From an uncultured Bacteroidota bacterium (GTDB taxonomy: Bacteria; Bacteroidota; Bacteroidia; Flavobacteriales; Flavobacteriaceae): DNA of 64,000 bases. The stretch lies in contig CABZTM010000002.1 of NCBI GenBank assembly GCA_902528705.1, positions 1,892-65,891 of the forward strand, written 5' to 3'. This document shows positions 13,159-24,062 of this stretch, piece by piece (within the stretch, counting starts at the first letter, position 1; each line of letters opens with the position of its first letter). The notes below the pieces were generated by a model. That model worked only from the letters and a program-made list of their open reading frames with translations. It searched no databases and was not told where the DNA came from. The position numbers and the translations under genes are program-made.

Positions 13159-15849
13159 ATGAAATACGATTTCAAATCCATAGAACGTAAATGGCAAAAT
13201 TACTGGTCGAAAAATAAGACTTTCAAAACTGTCATTGACGAAAATATGCCCAAATATTATGTTTTGGATATGTTTCCTTATCCGAGTGGATCTGGTCTTC
13301 ATGTTGGCCACCCACTAGGTTATATTGCCTCAGATATAATATCTAGATTTAAAAGAAAAAAAGGCTTCAATGTTTTGCATCCGATGGGTTTTGATTCATT
13401 TGGTCTTCCTGCTGAGCAATATGCCATTAAAACGGGAAAGCACCCCAACTTAACAACGGATAAAAATATTAAGAGATTTAAAAACCAACTAAATAAATTA
13501 GGGCTTTCTTATGATTGGGATCGTGAGATAAAGACAAGTGATTCAAATTATTATAAATGGACTCAATGGATTTTTTTAAAACTTTATAATTCTTTTTTTG
13601 ACGAATCAGTTAATAAAGCCAAAAATATCTCTGAATTAAAAATTCCAGAAGAACTGAATGATCGTGAAAAAATTCAATATATAGATTCGAAAAGGCTTGC
13701 ATATTTGGACAATGTAGATGTAAATTGGTGTGAAGAGTTAGGCACTGTGCTTTCAAATGAGGAAGTAATTGGAGGTTTGAGTGAGAGAGGTGGCCATCCT
13801 GTTATAAGAAAACCAATGCGACAATGGATAATGAGAATAACTGCATATGCTTCTCGACTTTTAGATGATTTAGAATTGTTAGATTGGCCAGAATCCATAA
13901 AATTATCCCAAAAAAATTGGATAGGTAAATCTGAAGGAGCAAAGATCAGATTTACAATAAATAAGAATTCATATGTTGATGTTTTTACTACTCGACCTGA
14001 TACAATCTATGGAGCTACATATCTTGTTTTAGCTCCCGAAAATGAATTATCAATTAAGTTAGCAACAACAGAAAATAGAAATATTGTTGAAAATTATATA
14101 GTAAAATCTTCTCAAAAAAGTGATTTAGAGAGGCAAGAAAATATAAAAGATAAAACAGGTGTATTTACAGGTTCATATGCAATTAACCCTATATCAAAAG
14201 AGAAAATTCCAATTTGGATTGCTGATTATGTTTTATCTGGCTATGGAACTGGGGCAGTTATGGCTGTTCCTGGTCATGACGAAAGAGATTATGAATTTGC
14301 TGAAAAGTTCAATTTAAAAATTCTATCTGTAGTAAGTGGCGGAAAAGAGGGTGAATGTTATACAGGAAACGGAAAAATTATAAACTCAGAAAAATATAAT
14401 GGATTGGATAATCATAAATTTAAAAAGGTTGTTTGCGAACTTTTAGAGGATTTGGAGTTGGGTAAAAAAAGTATTAACTATAAATTGAGGGATTGGATTT
14501 TTACGAGACAAAGATACTGGGGAGAGCCAATTCCGATCATGTATGATGGTAATATAAAAGTTCCTTTAAGCGATACAGATCTACCACTCATACTACCCGA
14601 TGTTGAATCTTTTAAACCCACAGGTGATGGCTCATCCCCTTTAGCTAGAAATAAATCATGGAAAAATATTCGATTAAATGGAAAAAAATTTGAAAGAGAA
14701 ACCAATACAATGCCTCAATGGGCTGGATCCTGTTGGTATTTTCTAAGATTTTTAGATCCAACTAATGGTAATTCATTTGCAGATAAAAATAAAATTGATT
14801 ATTGGATGCCTGTGGATGTATATATTGGAGGAGCAGAACACGCTGTGTTGCATTTATTATATTCGAGATTTTGGCATAAAGTTCTATATGATTTAGGATT
14901 TGTCTCTGGGCCTGAACCATTTAAAAAACTTGTGAATCAAGGAATGATTCTTGGAAACAGTGCTTTCATTTATAGAATAAAGAATACAAACACCTATATT
15001 TCATACGATTTAATTAAAAAACATGATGTTCAAAAAATTAATGTAGATATTGATTTATTGATTAATAATAATGAACTCAATTTAGAAAAACTTAAAAATT
15101 CTGATATTAAATTTAAAAATGCCGATTATAAATTCAATGAAAAGTTTACTGTTAGCAGAGAGATTGAAAAAATGTCCAAATCAAAATTTAACGTAGTAAG
15201 TCCAGATCAAATTTGTGAAAAATATGGTGCAGACACATTGAGAATGTATGAGATGTTTTTAGGCCCAATTGAGCAATCTAAACCATGGAATACAGCAGGT
15301 ATTTCAGGTGTTCATAATTTTCTCAAAAAGTTTTGGAGCCTATATCATGATCAAAGTGGATTTTGTATTTCATATTCCAAACCAAATCAAAATTCATTAA
15401 AAATTTTACATAAAACAATCAAAAAAGTGAATTTAGATATAGAAAAATTTTCATTTAATACATGTGTCAGTGCTTTTATGATTTGTGTTAATGAGCTGTC
15501 TTCAATAAATGAAAAATCTTTTGAGGTTCTTAGAGACTTATGTATATTAATGTCACCATTTGCTCCTCACGTTTGTGAGGAAATTTGGTCTAAATTTGGA
15601 GAGTCAAATTCAATATCAAATCAAAATTTCCCCACACATAACGAACTAATTCTTGTTGAGGATGAGTTTGAGTATCCAATTTCTTTCAATGGGAAGTTGA
15701 GGTTAAAAATGATTTTTAAATTGGATTGTGAATACCAAGATATAGAAAAAGAACTCTCTCAAAATGAAAAAGTGAATAGCTATTTGAATGGAAAAAAAAT
15801 CAAGAAAATAATTTTTGTCAAAAATAAAATAATCAATATTGTTTTTTAA
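13159..15849 (+). CDS. leuS: leucine--tRNA ligase
   Basis: YVLDMFPYPSGSGLHVGHPLGY (HIGH region), the KMSKSK loop (EKMSKSKFNVV) and the CP1 editing-domain motif TTRPDTIYGATY are all present. Confidence 0.97.
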   Translation: MKYDFKSIERKWQNYWSKNKTFKTVIDENMPKYYVLDMFPYPSGSGLHVGHPLGYIASDIISRFKRKKGFNVLHPMGFDSFGLPAEQYAIKTGKHPNLTTDKNIKRFKNQLNKLGLSYDWDREIKTSDSNYYKWTQWIFLKLYNSFFDESVNKAKNISELKIPEELNDREKIQYIDSKRLAYLDNVDVNWCEELGTVLSNEEVIGGLSERGGHPVIRKPMRQWIMRITAYASRLLDDLELLDWPESIKLSQKNWIGKSEGAKIRFTINKNSYVDVFTTRPDTIYGATYLVLAPENELSIKLATTENRNIVENYIVKSSQKSDLERQENIKDKTGVFTGSYAINPISKEKIPIWIADYVLSGYGTGAVMAVPGHDERDYEFAEKFNLKILSVVSGGKEGECYTGNGKIINSEKYNGLDNHKFKKVVCELLEDLELGKKSINYKLRDWIFTRQRYWGEPIPIMYDGNIKVPLSDTDLPLILPDVESFKPTGDGSSPLARNKSWKNIRLNGKKFERETNTMPQWAGSCWYFLRFLDPTNGNSFADKNKIDYWMPVDVYIGGAEHAVLHLLYSRFWHKVLYDLGFVSGPEPFKKLVNQGMILGNSAFIYRIKNTNTYISYDLIKKHDVQKINVDIDLLINNNELNLEKLKNSDIKFKNADYKFNEKFTVSREIEKMSKSKFNVVSPDQICEKYGADTLRMYEMFLGPIEQSKPWNTAGISGVHNFLKKFWSLYHDQSGFCISYSKPNQNSLKILHKTIKKVNLDIEKFSFNTCVSAFMICVNELSSINEKSFEVLRDLCILMSPFAPHVCEEIWSKFGESNSISNQNFPTHNELILVEDEFEYPISFNGKLRLKMIFKLDCEYQDIEKELSQNEKVNSYLNGKKIKKIIFVKNKIINIVF

Positions 15850-16934
15850 TTTTTTTGAATGTGAGAAATAATTTTTTTTGTTGCGTTATCATTTCCCATA
15901 ATCTTTCTCAACTCTTTATAATCATCTTTGATTTTTTCAGAATTATTTAATAGTATATCCAATTCTTTTTCAATTTTTATGGTATCTACATTGTTTTGTA
16001 CAAGTTCTTTTACAATTTCCTTTCCCATAATAATATTCACTAATGAAATGAATTTGATTTTTATAAAAAACTTCGCTATAAAATAATTGAAAAAGCTTGT
16101 TCTATAACATACAATTTGTGGAACATTAAAAAGAGCGGTTTCTAATGTAGCAGTTCCACTTGCTACAATTGAACAAACAGATGAATTTAATAGTTGATAG
16201 GTTTTATTAAATACAACTTCGGTATTTTTGTTTCCTTTCATTAGTCTTTCATAAAATTTTTTTTCAATATGAGAAACGCCTGCTACAATAAATTTATACT
16301 CAGGAAACTTGTTGGTTGCATTAATTATATCTTTTAGAATTTTTTTTACCTCTTGCTTCCTGCTTCCAGGTAATATTGATATTATAGGTTTTTTTGATTT
16401 AAATTTTAATTTCTTATTATTTAAAAATTCATCAATATTATTTAGCACAGGGTTACCAAAGTAATTGACTTTGTAGTTGTGTTTCGTTTTAAAAAATTCC
16501 TTTTCAAAAGGAAGTATTACATAAAGTTCATCAACATATTTTTTTAATATTTCGACTCTATTTTCTTTCCATGCCCAAACCTGTGGACTTATGTAGTAAT
16601 AAGTTTTAAATCCTTGTTGTTTTGCCCACTTAGCAATTCTCAAATTATGACCTGGATAATCGATAAAAATTATTTTATCCGGATTGTAAGATCTAATATC
16701 TTTTTTACAAAAAGATAGATTTTTAATAACAGTAAAAAAATTAATTAGAACCTCATAAAAACCCATAAACGCCAATTCATCTAAACTCTTGACAACTAGA
16801 CCTCCAGCTTTTGACATAAGTTCACCACCCCATAATCTAAATTCTGAATTTGGATCATTTCTTTTAATTTCTTCTATTAGTTTAGAGCCATGAAGATCAC
16901 CAGATGCTTCACCAGCGATAATGTAATATTTCAT
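15846..16934 (-). CDS. lpxB: lipid-A-disaccharide synthase
   Basis: MKYYIIAGEASGDLHGSKLI... and YISPQVWAWKENR are typical LpxB motifs. The protein is 362 aa. Confidence 0.9.
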   Translation of the reverse strand: MKYYIIAGEASGDLHGSKLIEEIKRNDPNSEFRLWGGELMSKAGGLVVKSLDELAFMGFYEVLINFFTVIKNLSFCKKDIRSYNPDKIIFIDYPGHNLRIAKWAKQQGFKTYYYISPQVWAWKENRVEILKKYVDELYVILPFEKEFFKTKHNYKVNYFGNPVLNNIDEFLNNKKLKFKSKKPIISILPGSRKQEVKKILKDIINATNKFPEYKFIVAGVSHIEKKFYERLMKGNKNTEVVFNKTYQLLNSSVCSIVASGTATLETALFNVPQIVCYRTSFFNYFIAKFFIKIKFISLVNIIMGKEIVKELVQNNVDTIKIEKELDILLNNSEKIKDDYKELRKIMGNDNATKKIISHIQKN

Positions 16935-17726
16935 TTAAAAATTCCAGGTTTGTAAATTTTTTAAAACTGAATAATTAGTTAAATCAAAAGTGATAGGTAC
17001 AATTGAAATATATCCGTTTTTTAATGCCCATTCATCGGACTCTTTTGAATTATCTTTATTTATAAATTCACCTGTCAGCCAATAATATTCTCTACCTTGA
17101 GGGTTAGTCCTTTTATCAAATTTTTCAACCCAATGAGCTTTTGCTTGATTACAAACTTTAATTCCTTTAATTTCTTTTTCATTCAATTTTGGGAAATTAA
17201 CATTTAGTGCAGTACCATTTGGAATACCATTTTTTAGAGATTTTAGTGTAATTTCTTTAATATAATTTTTTATATGATTAAAATCTGCTTTCCAGCTATA
17301 ATCAAGTAATGAAAACCCAATTGCAGGAACACCCTCAATTGATGCTTCTATAGCAGCACTCATTGTTCCCGAATAAATAACATTAATTGAGGCATTAGAT
17401 CCATGATTTATTCCTGAAACACATAAGTCTGGCTTTTTTTTCAAAATTTCATTAATACCAAGTTTTATACAGTCAGCTGGAGTGCCTGAACATGAGTATT
17501 CTTTTTGAGGACCTGAGTCTATATTCACCTTTTGACAATGTAATGTTGAGTTGATTGTTATGGCGTGCCCCATTGCAGATTGAGGACTATCAGGTGCTAT
17601 AACAACAACGTCCCCAATTTCATTCATTACCTCAATTAGAGATCTGATTCCTGGTGCTGTTATTCCATCATCATTAGTTACTAAGATTAATGGTCTTTTT
17701 TTATCCAATGGTCCAATTTTTGACAA
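16935..17726 (-). CDS. surE: 5'/3'-nucleotidase SurE
   Basis: ILVTNDDGITAPGIRSL... and GINHGSNASINVIYSGTMSAAIEA are SurE signatures. The start is uncertain. It is either the TTG at 17726, which overlaps a -7 box, or the in-frame TTG at 17708. Confidence 0.9.
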   Translation of the reverse strand: MSKIGPLDKKRPLILVTNDDGITAPGIRSLIEVMNEIGDVVVIAPDSPQSAMGHAITINSTLHCQKVNIDSGPQKEYSCSGTPADCIKLGINEILKKKPDLCVSGINHGSNASINVIYSGTMSAAIEASIEGVPAIGFSLLDYSWKADFNHIKNYIKEITLKSLKNGIPNGTALNVNFPKLNEKEIKGIKVCNQAKAHWVEKFDKRTNPQGREYYWLTGEFINKDNSKESDEWALKNGYISIVPITFDLTNYSVLKNLQTWNF

Positions 17727-17731
17727 AAGTA
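17724..17731 (-). promoter_or_regulatory. candidate -7 box (TACTTTTG on the minus strand) for surE-lpxB
   Basis: The plus-strand sequence CAAAAGTA at 17724-17731 is the reverse complement of TAnnTTTG. Its TTG coincides with the start codon proposed by the ORF track. Confidence 0.35.
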
Positions 17732-17799
17732 AATAAAAGAAGATATATTCACATTGAGTTTGTGTATATAAACATCAAATACTTATATTTAAATCTGAT

Positions 17800-19899
17800 A
17801 TGAAATTGAGAATTTCAATAATAATTACGTTCATAACCATAGCAATTTTTGGTTTCAAACTAAATAACGAAAAACTTAGTGATCCTGAAAAGGAGAAGGT
17901 TTTGCTTGAAATTGTCAAGTATGTTGTTGAAAGGGGACACTATAGCTCAATCCAAATAGATGATGATTTATCATTGAAAATTTTTGATGATTTTATAAAC
18001 AAACTTGATCCCCAGAAAAGATTTTTTACTCTTAGTGATATTAAAGAGTTAGATAGATTTAAGTATAAAATTGATGATCAAATAAAAGCTTATGATTTGG
18101 AGTTTTTTGAGGAAATTCATAATAGGTATAGATCTAGAATAGCTGAAGCAAAAATGTTTGTAGAAAAAGCCTTTGAAAATAATTTTGATTTCAATGACAA
18201 AGAATATATAGACTTAGATATTGACTCCATACCATTTTCCTCAGATAAAAATCAACTCTATGAAAGGTGGAGAAAGCAAATCAAATATTCTATTCTTGAC
18301 ATAATTTCTCAAAAAAATAGCTCTGACTCCACTGATGATAATGAAGTAATGATGAATGCAATCTCAACTGTAAAAAAAAATACTAATGATTTTTTTAATT
18401 ATGCTAATGAAATAGAAAGAGATGATTGGTTTTCAGTTTTTTTAAACTCATTTGTGGGTCAATTTGATCCACATACTTTTTACTTCAAACCTGATGATAA
18501 AGAAAAATTTGATGTAAGTATTTCTGGAAATTTTGATGGTATTGGAGCCCGATTGTCAAAAGCTGATGGTAATGTAAAAATTGTAGATGTTATTATTGGT
18601 GGTCCTGTTTGGAAAGATAAGTTATTAGATGTTGGTGATATAATTTTAGCTGTTGGACAGGCAGATCAAGAACCTATCAGTATCTTCGGAATGAAGTTAG
18701 ATGACTCTATCAAACTAATTAAAGGGCCTGCAGGAACTACAGTAACATTGAGGATTAAAAAACTTGATGGTCAAATTAAAGATGTCAAAATAAAAAGAGA
18801 TGTGGTTGAGCTCGAAGAAACTTTCGCTAAATCAACTCTAATCTCAAAAAATAGTAAGAATTACGGCTATATAAGCTTACCCAAGTTTTATGCTGATTTT
18901 GATAATTATAAAAATAGAAATTCTGCTAATGATGTAAAAAATGAAATTATCAAATTAAAAAATAATGGTATAAAAGGGTTGATTCTTGATCTCAGAAACA
19001 ATGGGGGAGGTTCTTTACAAACTGTAGTTGAAATGACCGGTCTTTTCATTGAGAAAGGACCTGTTGTACAAGTCAAGTCAATTGGAAACAGAAAAAAAAT
19101 TCTTTATGACAGAGATGCCCAGGTCTATTGGAATGGTCCTTTAGTTTTGTTGATTAATGAAATGAGTGCATCTGCATCTGAAATTATCTCAGCAGCATTA
19201 CAAGATTATAATAGAGCTATAATTATTGGTAGTGAAAAATCATTTGGTAAAGGAACTGTTCAGAACATTGTTGATTTAAATAGGTTTATCAGTAATTCTG
19301 ATTATGACATGGGTGCAATTAAAGTAACAACAGATATTTTTTACAGAATAAATGGTGAATCTGTGCAATTAGAGGGAGTGGAAAGTGATATTGTAATCCC
19401 TGATAGCTACATGTATGTCTTTGATGGCGAGAGAGACGAAAAAAACCCCATAAAATGGGATAAAATAGGTCCTGCAACGTATACAAAGTGGCAGAGTTAC
19501 GATGAAAAATTCAAGTATGTTACTGACCAAATGAATAGAAAATTAAATCAAAATAATATTATTAATGATATCTATGAAAGAGCAAATTGGATCAAAAGCC
19601 AGCAAAATATTAATAATATTCCTTTGAATCTTGTCGAATACAAAAAATATCAAAAAGATCAGAAGCTTAAAGCTAGTCAATTTGATAAAATCTCGAAATA
19701 TGAAAATCAGTTGAGCTTTGAGCTGTTGAAAACTGAAAAAACTTTTATACAAGAAAATAAGGAATTATTAGAGGAAAGAATTAAATGGCATAAAAATTTA
19801 TCAAAAGATATATTCATTGATCAAGCTGTCAATACCCTTGATTTACTAGATAGTTCCATCAAAACAAATTATATTTTGGCTGAAAATAAAACTGAATAA
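17800..19899 (+). CDS. carboxy-terminal processing (tail-specific, S41) protease
   Basis: N-terminal TM anchor, a PDZ region (GIGARL...VIIGGPVWKDKLLDVGDIILAV) and the S41 catalytic region (LDLRNNGGGSL, NEMSASASEI, SFGKGTVQ) are present. Confidence 0.9.
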   Translation: MKLRISIIITFITIAIFGFKLNNEKLSDPEKEKVLLEIVKYVVERGHYSSIQIDDDLSLKIFDDFINKLDPQKRFFTLSDIKELDRFKYKIDDQIKAYDLEFFEEIHNRYRSRIAEAKMFVEKAFENNFDFNDKEYIDLDIDSIPFSSDKNQLYERWRKQIKYSILDIISQKNSSDSTDDNEVMMNAISTVKKNTNDFFNYANEIERDDWFSVFLNSFVGQFDPHTFYFKPDDKEKFDVSISGNFDGIGARLSKADGNVKIVDVIIGGPVWKDKLLDVGDIILAVGQADQEPISIFGMKLDDSIKLIKGPAGTTVTLRIKKLDGQIKDVKIKRDVVELEETFAKSTLISKNSKNYGYISLPKFYADFDNYKNRNSANDVKNEIIKLKNNGIKGLILDLRNNGGGSLQTVVEMTGLFIEKGPVVQVKSIGNRKKILYDRDAQVYWNGPLVLLINEMSASASEIISAALQDYNRAIIIGSEKSFGKGTVQNIVDLNRFISNSDYDMGAIKVTTDIFYRINGESVQLEGVESDIVIPDSYMYVFDGERDEKNPIKWDKIGPATYTKWQSYDEKFKYVTDQMNRKLNQNNIINDIYERANWIKSQQNINNIPLNLVEYKKYQKDQKLKASQFDKISKYENQLSFELLKTEKTFIQENKELLEERIKWHKNLSKDIFIDQAVNTLDLLDSSIKTNYILAENKTE

Positions 19900-19905
19900 A
19901 AAATT

Positions 19906-20967
19906 TTGGCTTCCCTGACAATAAAGAAAACACCATTATACATTTCAGTATTAATTATTTTTCTATTTTTTTTTATTTCACTTTTTTGTTATTTCATAAT
20001 TCCTGATAAAACAATAAATGCTAACTCCATTAATTTGACAATTAAATCTCAAAAACCTGGTTACAAAAAAATGTTCTTTGAAAATGTATCTGTTAATTAT
20101 AGTATAAAAAATTTATTTTTTGGATCCGAAAAAATAGGTGAGTCTTATCCTTTAGATGATTATGAAATTATAAACGACAGTATTATAAAAATCATTAACT
20201 ACGATGAAAGTAAAAAATCATTACTAGATGAAAAAATTATCATAATTACAAAAAATAGTAATATACATAATAATGTACATAAAATAGAAAAATTTATTAG
20301 TGAAAAGAAATTTATTTTTGGAACTGATATTTACGGTAGAGATTTATTTAGTAGAATAATTTTAGGTACTAGAGTTTCACTATCTATTGGTTTAATGGCT
20401 GTATTTATTTCTAACTTTATTGGAATTATTTTAGGATTAATTTCAGGCTACTATGGTGGTTATATTGATAAGGTCATTGTCTTTGTAATTAATATTTTTT
20501 GGTCAATTCCTACACTTTTACTGGTTATCGCTTTATCACTTGCTCTTGGTAAAGGTTTTTGGCAAGTTTATATTGCTATAGGCTTATCCATCTGGGTTGA
20601 TGTTGCAAGGTTAGTTAGAGGTAAAGTTATTTCAGAAAAGAATAAAGACTATATTTTTGCATCTAAGGTATTAGGATATAATGATATTAAAATCCTGATC
20701 AACAATATTCTGCCAAACATAATTTCACCTATTCTTATATTCTCGGCGGCAAATTTTGCTTCTTCTATTCTTCTTGAAAGTGGATTGTCATTTTTAGGTA
20801 TTGGTTCTCAACCTCCTATTCCTAGTTGGGGTTATATGATTAAAGAAAATTATCAGTATATTATTTTTGGTAATTCCTACTTAATTATTATACCATCAAT
20901 TTTCTTAATATCAATGGTTTTAAGTTTTTATTATTTATCTAATCACCTTGCATCAAAAAAATTATAG
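19906..20967 (+). CDS. ABC transporter permease, DppC/OppC family, no partner subunits adjacent
   Basis: TTG start. One TM segment, a ~120-aa loop, then a BPD-type permease core (GTDIYGRDLFSRIILGTRVSL..., EAA-like loop ARLVRGKVISEKNKDYIFASKVLG). Confidence 0.8.
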   Translation: MASLTIKKTPLYISVLIIFLFFFISLFCYFIIPDKTINANSINLTIKSQKPGYKKMFFENVSVNYSIKNLFFGSEKIGESYPLDDYEIINDSIIKIINYDESKKSLLDEKIIIITKNSNIHNNVHKIEKFISEKKFIFGTDIYGRDLFSRIILGTRVSLSIGLMAVFISNFIGIILGLISGYYGGYIDKVIVFVINIFWSIPTLLLVIALSLALGKGFWQVYIAIGLSIWVDVARLVRGKVISEKNKDYIFASKVLGYNDIKILINNILPNIISPILIFSAANFASSILLESGLSFLGIGSQPPIPSWGYMIKENYQYIIFGNSYLIIIPSIFLISMVLSFYYLSNHLASKKL

Positions 20968-20968
20968 C

Positions 20969-22210
20969 TTACCATTTACTCTTTTTTTGACTATCTATTT
21001 TAAGGTAACCTGCAAATAAAATCATAAATGAAAGCAGGGATGATCCTCCGTAACTTATAAATGGTAATGGTATGCCAACCGTTGGAAATATTCCTATAAC
21101 CATAGAAATGTTTATTGTAAAATGAAAAAATATTATTGCTATTGCTGAGTATGAAAAAATTTTATGAAACAAATTTGTTTGTTTTGCTGTTCTCTCAGAC
21201 ATTCTCAATAATAAAATGACAAATAATAAAATCACAACTAATGAACCAAAAAACCCCCACTCTTCACCAATTGTAGAAAATATATAATCACTATGTTGTT
21301 CTGGAATAAAATCACCCTTTGTTTGAGTTCCTTTTAAAAACCCTTGACCGAAAAATCCCCCAGAGTTGAAAGCTAATTTTGATTGATTCGAATTGTAACC
21401 GATCCCAGAAAGATCTTTTTCTATACCAAGTACAACATTGATTCTGTCTCGATGTCTTTGCTCAAAAATATTTTCAAAAATTAAAGTAGAGATTAAAACA
21501 CTTGCTACACTAAAAATTGAAAGATAGACAAGTTTATTTTTTTTTATTTTTTTATAAATCATGTACAGAAATAAAACTGAAAATATACACCCTATTATTA
21601 TCAACATTATATTCATTCCAATTATTATTGTTGATATGAATAAAACTGAAATAAAAATGAAAATATTTAGATATAATGATGGTAATCCAACAATGTGTAA
21701 AACCAAATAAAAACTTAAAAAAATCAATGCTGTTCCTGGATCTGGTTGTAATAGAATTAAAGATGTAGGTGCCAAAATTATAATAAAACTGTAGAACTGA
21801 ATTTTTAGATTTTTAATATCAGAGTGTATATTACTTAAATATTTTGCTATAGCTAAAGCAGTCACTGGTTTCATAATTTCAGATGGTTGTAAACTAAAAC
21901 CAATAAAGTTGAACCATGATTTTGCTCCATTAATTTCTTTACCAAAAATAAGTACGAGAATTAATGAAAACAATATTATTATATAAATGATACTTGCATA
22001 TTTAAAATAAAAATTTATATCTAGTAATATTAGAATCAAACAAATTGAAAATGAAAATATTACAAAGATTAGTTGTTTAGAAAAAAAATTTTCAATCGAA
22101 CTAGAGTCACTGTAGGAAACAGAATAAATATTTATCAACCCAATAAAAATTAAAGATATCACGAGAATTAAGGAAATAAGATCAAAGTTTTTTGCTTTAA
22201 TATTACTCAT
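20969..22210 (-). CDS. rodA: rod shape-determining protein RodA (SEDS family)
   Basis: LQPSEIMKP, PDPGTALIF, the PEQHSDYIFS-type motif (IPEQHSDYIFSTIGEEWGF) and GIPLPFISYGGSS are all present. Confidence 0.92.
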   Translation of the reverse strand: MSNIKAKNFDLISLILVISLIFIGLINIYSVSYSDSSSIENFFSKQLIFVIFSFSICLILILLDINFYFKYASIIYIIILFSLILVLIFGKEINGAKSWFNFIGFSLQPSEIMKPVTALAIAKYLSNIHSDIKNLKIQFYSFIIILAPTSLILLQPDPGTALIFLSFYLVLHIVGLPSLYLNIFIFISVLFISTIIIGMNIMLIIIGCIFSVLFLYMIYKKIKKNKLVYLSIFSVASVLISTLIFENIFEQRHRDRINVVLGIEKDLSGIGYNSNQSKLAFNSGGFFGQGFLKGTQTKGDFIPEQHSDYIFSTIGEEWGFFGSLVVILLFVILLLRMSERTAKQTNLFHKIFSYSAIAIIFFHFTINISMVIGIFPTVGIPLPFISYGGSSLLSFMILFAGYLKIDSQKKSKW

Positions 22211-24062
22211 TAATCTTAAAATTATTAGTTAAATAAGGTTTTAGATATTCAGCGGACAAATCACCATCTAAAATATATTTTTCTAACCACTTTCTATTTA
22301 TTTCTTTTTTGATATATTTTTCAATAATTAAGCTTGATATAGGCGCTGCCCATCTCGATCCCCAATATCCATTTTCAATAAATACACAAATAGCAATTTT
22401 TGGATCGTCTGCAGGTGCAAAACCAATAAAAATTGAATGATCAGTTAGTTGTTTCCTGATTCCATTAATTCTTACGAAATTTTCAGCAGTTCCAGTTTTT
22501 CCAGCAATTTTTATGTCATTAATTCTTGAATTTTTTGCAGTTCCAATATCAATAACATCAACCATACCTTTTATAATTGGTTCAAAATGTTGTGATTCAA
22601 TTAAGGTTATATTTTTCTTCTTAAAATCATTATTTATTGAATCATTTTCAATTTTTTTAACAAAGTGTGGTGTAATATACCAACCACGATTTGCAATAGT
22701 AGCAGCAAAATTTGCTAGTTGTATTGGTGTTGTTAATATTTCTCCTTGTCCTATGGAATTAGAAATTGTTGTAACTGCCCTCCATGAATTATTGTACCAA
22801 CGATTATAATATTTTGAACTTGGAATAAAACCGGGCTTGCCGGTTGGATGATCATATCCTAAATAATTTCCAAACCCAAATGATTTTACATAATCATTCC
22901 ATTTATCCAACCCGACAGATGAACTTTCATAACTTTCAATAATCCCCCTATAGGTTTTTGCAAAATAAGTATTGCATGATGTATAAATTGCATTATTTAA
23001 ATTACTGAAAGTAGCCTCATTGGTGTGACATCTCATAAAAGCATTTTTAGCATAAAAATGACCTCCATCACATTTATGTAAAGTTCCTTGATTAATAATA
23101 TTTTCTTGCAAACCAATTAAGGCATTAATAATTTTAAAAGTTGACCCTGGTGCATATTGACCTTGTAGCCCTCTTTCAAATAATGGTTTACCTATAGAAT
23201 CACTTTCAAGTTTCTTATAATTAATAGATCTGTTTTTATCTACTAGGCTATTTAAATTATATGAGGGAGAATTTACTAAAGCCAATATTTCACCAGATTT
23301 TGGTTCTATCGCAACTATACTTCCTCTTTTATTTAGCATTAATGAATCACCATATTGTTGTAAATCTAGGTCAATTGTTAGAGTCAAGTCTTTAGATGCA
23401 ATGGGTAAACTGTCATAAATCCCGTTTTTAAATGAACCAATGACTCTGTTAAATTTATCTTTTTGAAAAAATTTAACACCTTTTATTCCTCTTAATTCAT
23501 TCTCATATGTCTTTTCCAATCCTTGTCTTCCGATCATTTCTCCTATTTCATAATAGCTATTTTTTTCAATTTCAAATTTATTTACCTCGCTAATGTATCC
23601 TAGTAGATTAGCTGCTGTTGAGGCATTGTAAGTCCTTTTGGACTTTTTTTGTGTAAAAAAACCACCATGTTTCCAAAGCTTCTCTTGGATGGGAGCATAT
23701 TCGTCTTTTGATATATTATTTAGTAAAATTGATGCTTTTACATTAGAAAAGGTTTTGGCTTCTAAAAACTTTTTAAGAAAAACTTCTAAGTCAATGTTAA
23801 AATCTTTAGAAATTATTATACTATCTGCTAAGTTAACATCCTTTGGAACAACAAGTAAATCATAAGAGAAATCGTTTGAAACAACGAGCTTGTTATTTCT
23901 ATCATATATGTATCCTCTTTCTGGAAATTCATATATTTTTTGTACAGATGCGTTATTATTAATTAAGCTGAAAGAACTATTTAAAACCTGTAAAGAAAAT
24001 AGTTTAACTACTACTAATAAACCAACAGATATTATTAATAATTGCAATAATTTATCTCTCAT
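22203..24062 (-). CDS. mrdA: penicillin-binding protein 2 (elongasome transpeptidase)
   Basis: PGSTFK (SxxK), SCN (SxN, YTSCNTYF) and KTGTAE (KTG) motifs are present. It overlaps rodA by 8 nt and mreD by 11 nt. Confidence 0.92.
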   Translation of the reverse strand: MRDKLLQLLIISVGLLVVVKLFSLQVLNSSFSLINNNASVQKIYEFPERGYIYDRNNKLVVSNDFSYDLLVVPKDVNLADSIIISKDFNIDLEVFLKKFLEAKTFSNVKASILLNNISKDEYAPIQEKLWKHGGFFTQKKSKRTYNASTAANLLGYISEVNKFEIEKNSYYEIGEMIGRQGLEKTYENELRGIKGVKFFQKDKFNRVIGSFKNGIYDSLPIASKDLTLTIDLDLQQYGDSLMLNKRGSIVAIEPKSGEILALVNSPSYNLNSLVDKNRSINYKKLESDSIGKPLFERGLQGQYAPGSTFKIINALIGLQENIINQGTLHKCDGGHFYAKNAFMRCHTNEATFSNLNNAIYTSCNTYFAKTYRGIIESYESSSVGLDKWNDYVKSFGFGNYLGYDHPTGKPGFIPSSKYYNRWYNNSWRAVTTISNSIGQGEILTTPIQLANFAATIANRGWYITPHFVKKIENDSINNDFKKKNITLIESQHFEPIIKGMVDVIDIGTAKNSRINDIKIAGKTGTAENFVRINGIRKQLTDHSIFIGFAPADDPKIAICVFIENGYWGSRWAAPISSLIIEKYIKKEINRKWLEKYILDGDLSAEYLKPYLTNNFKINE

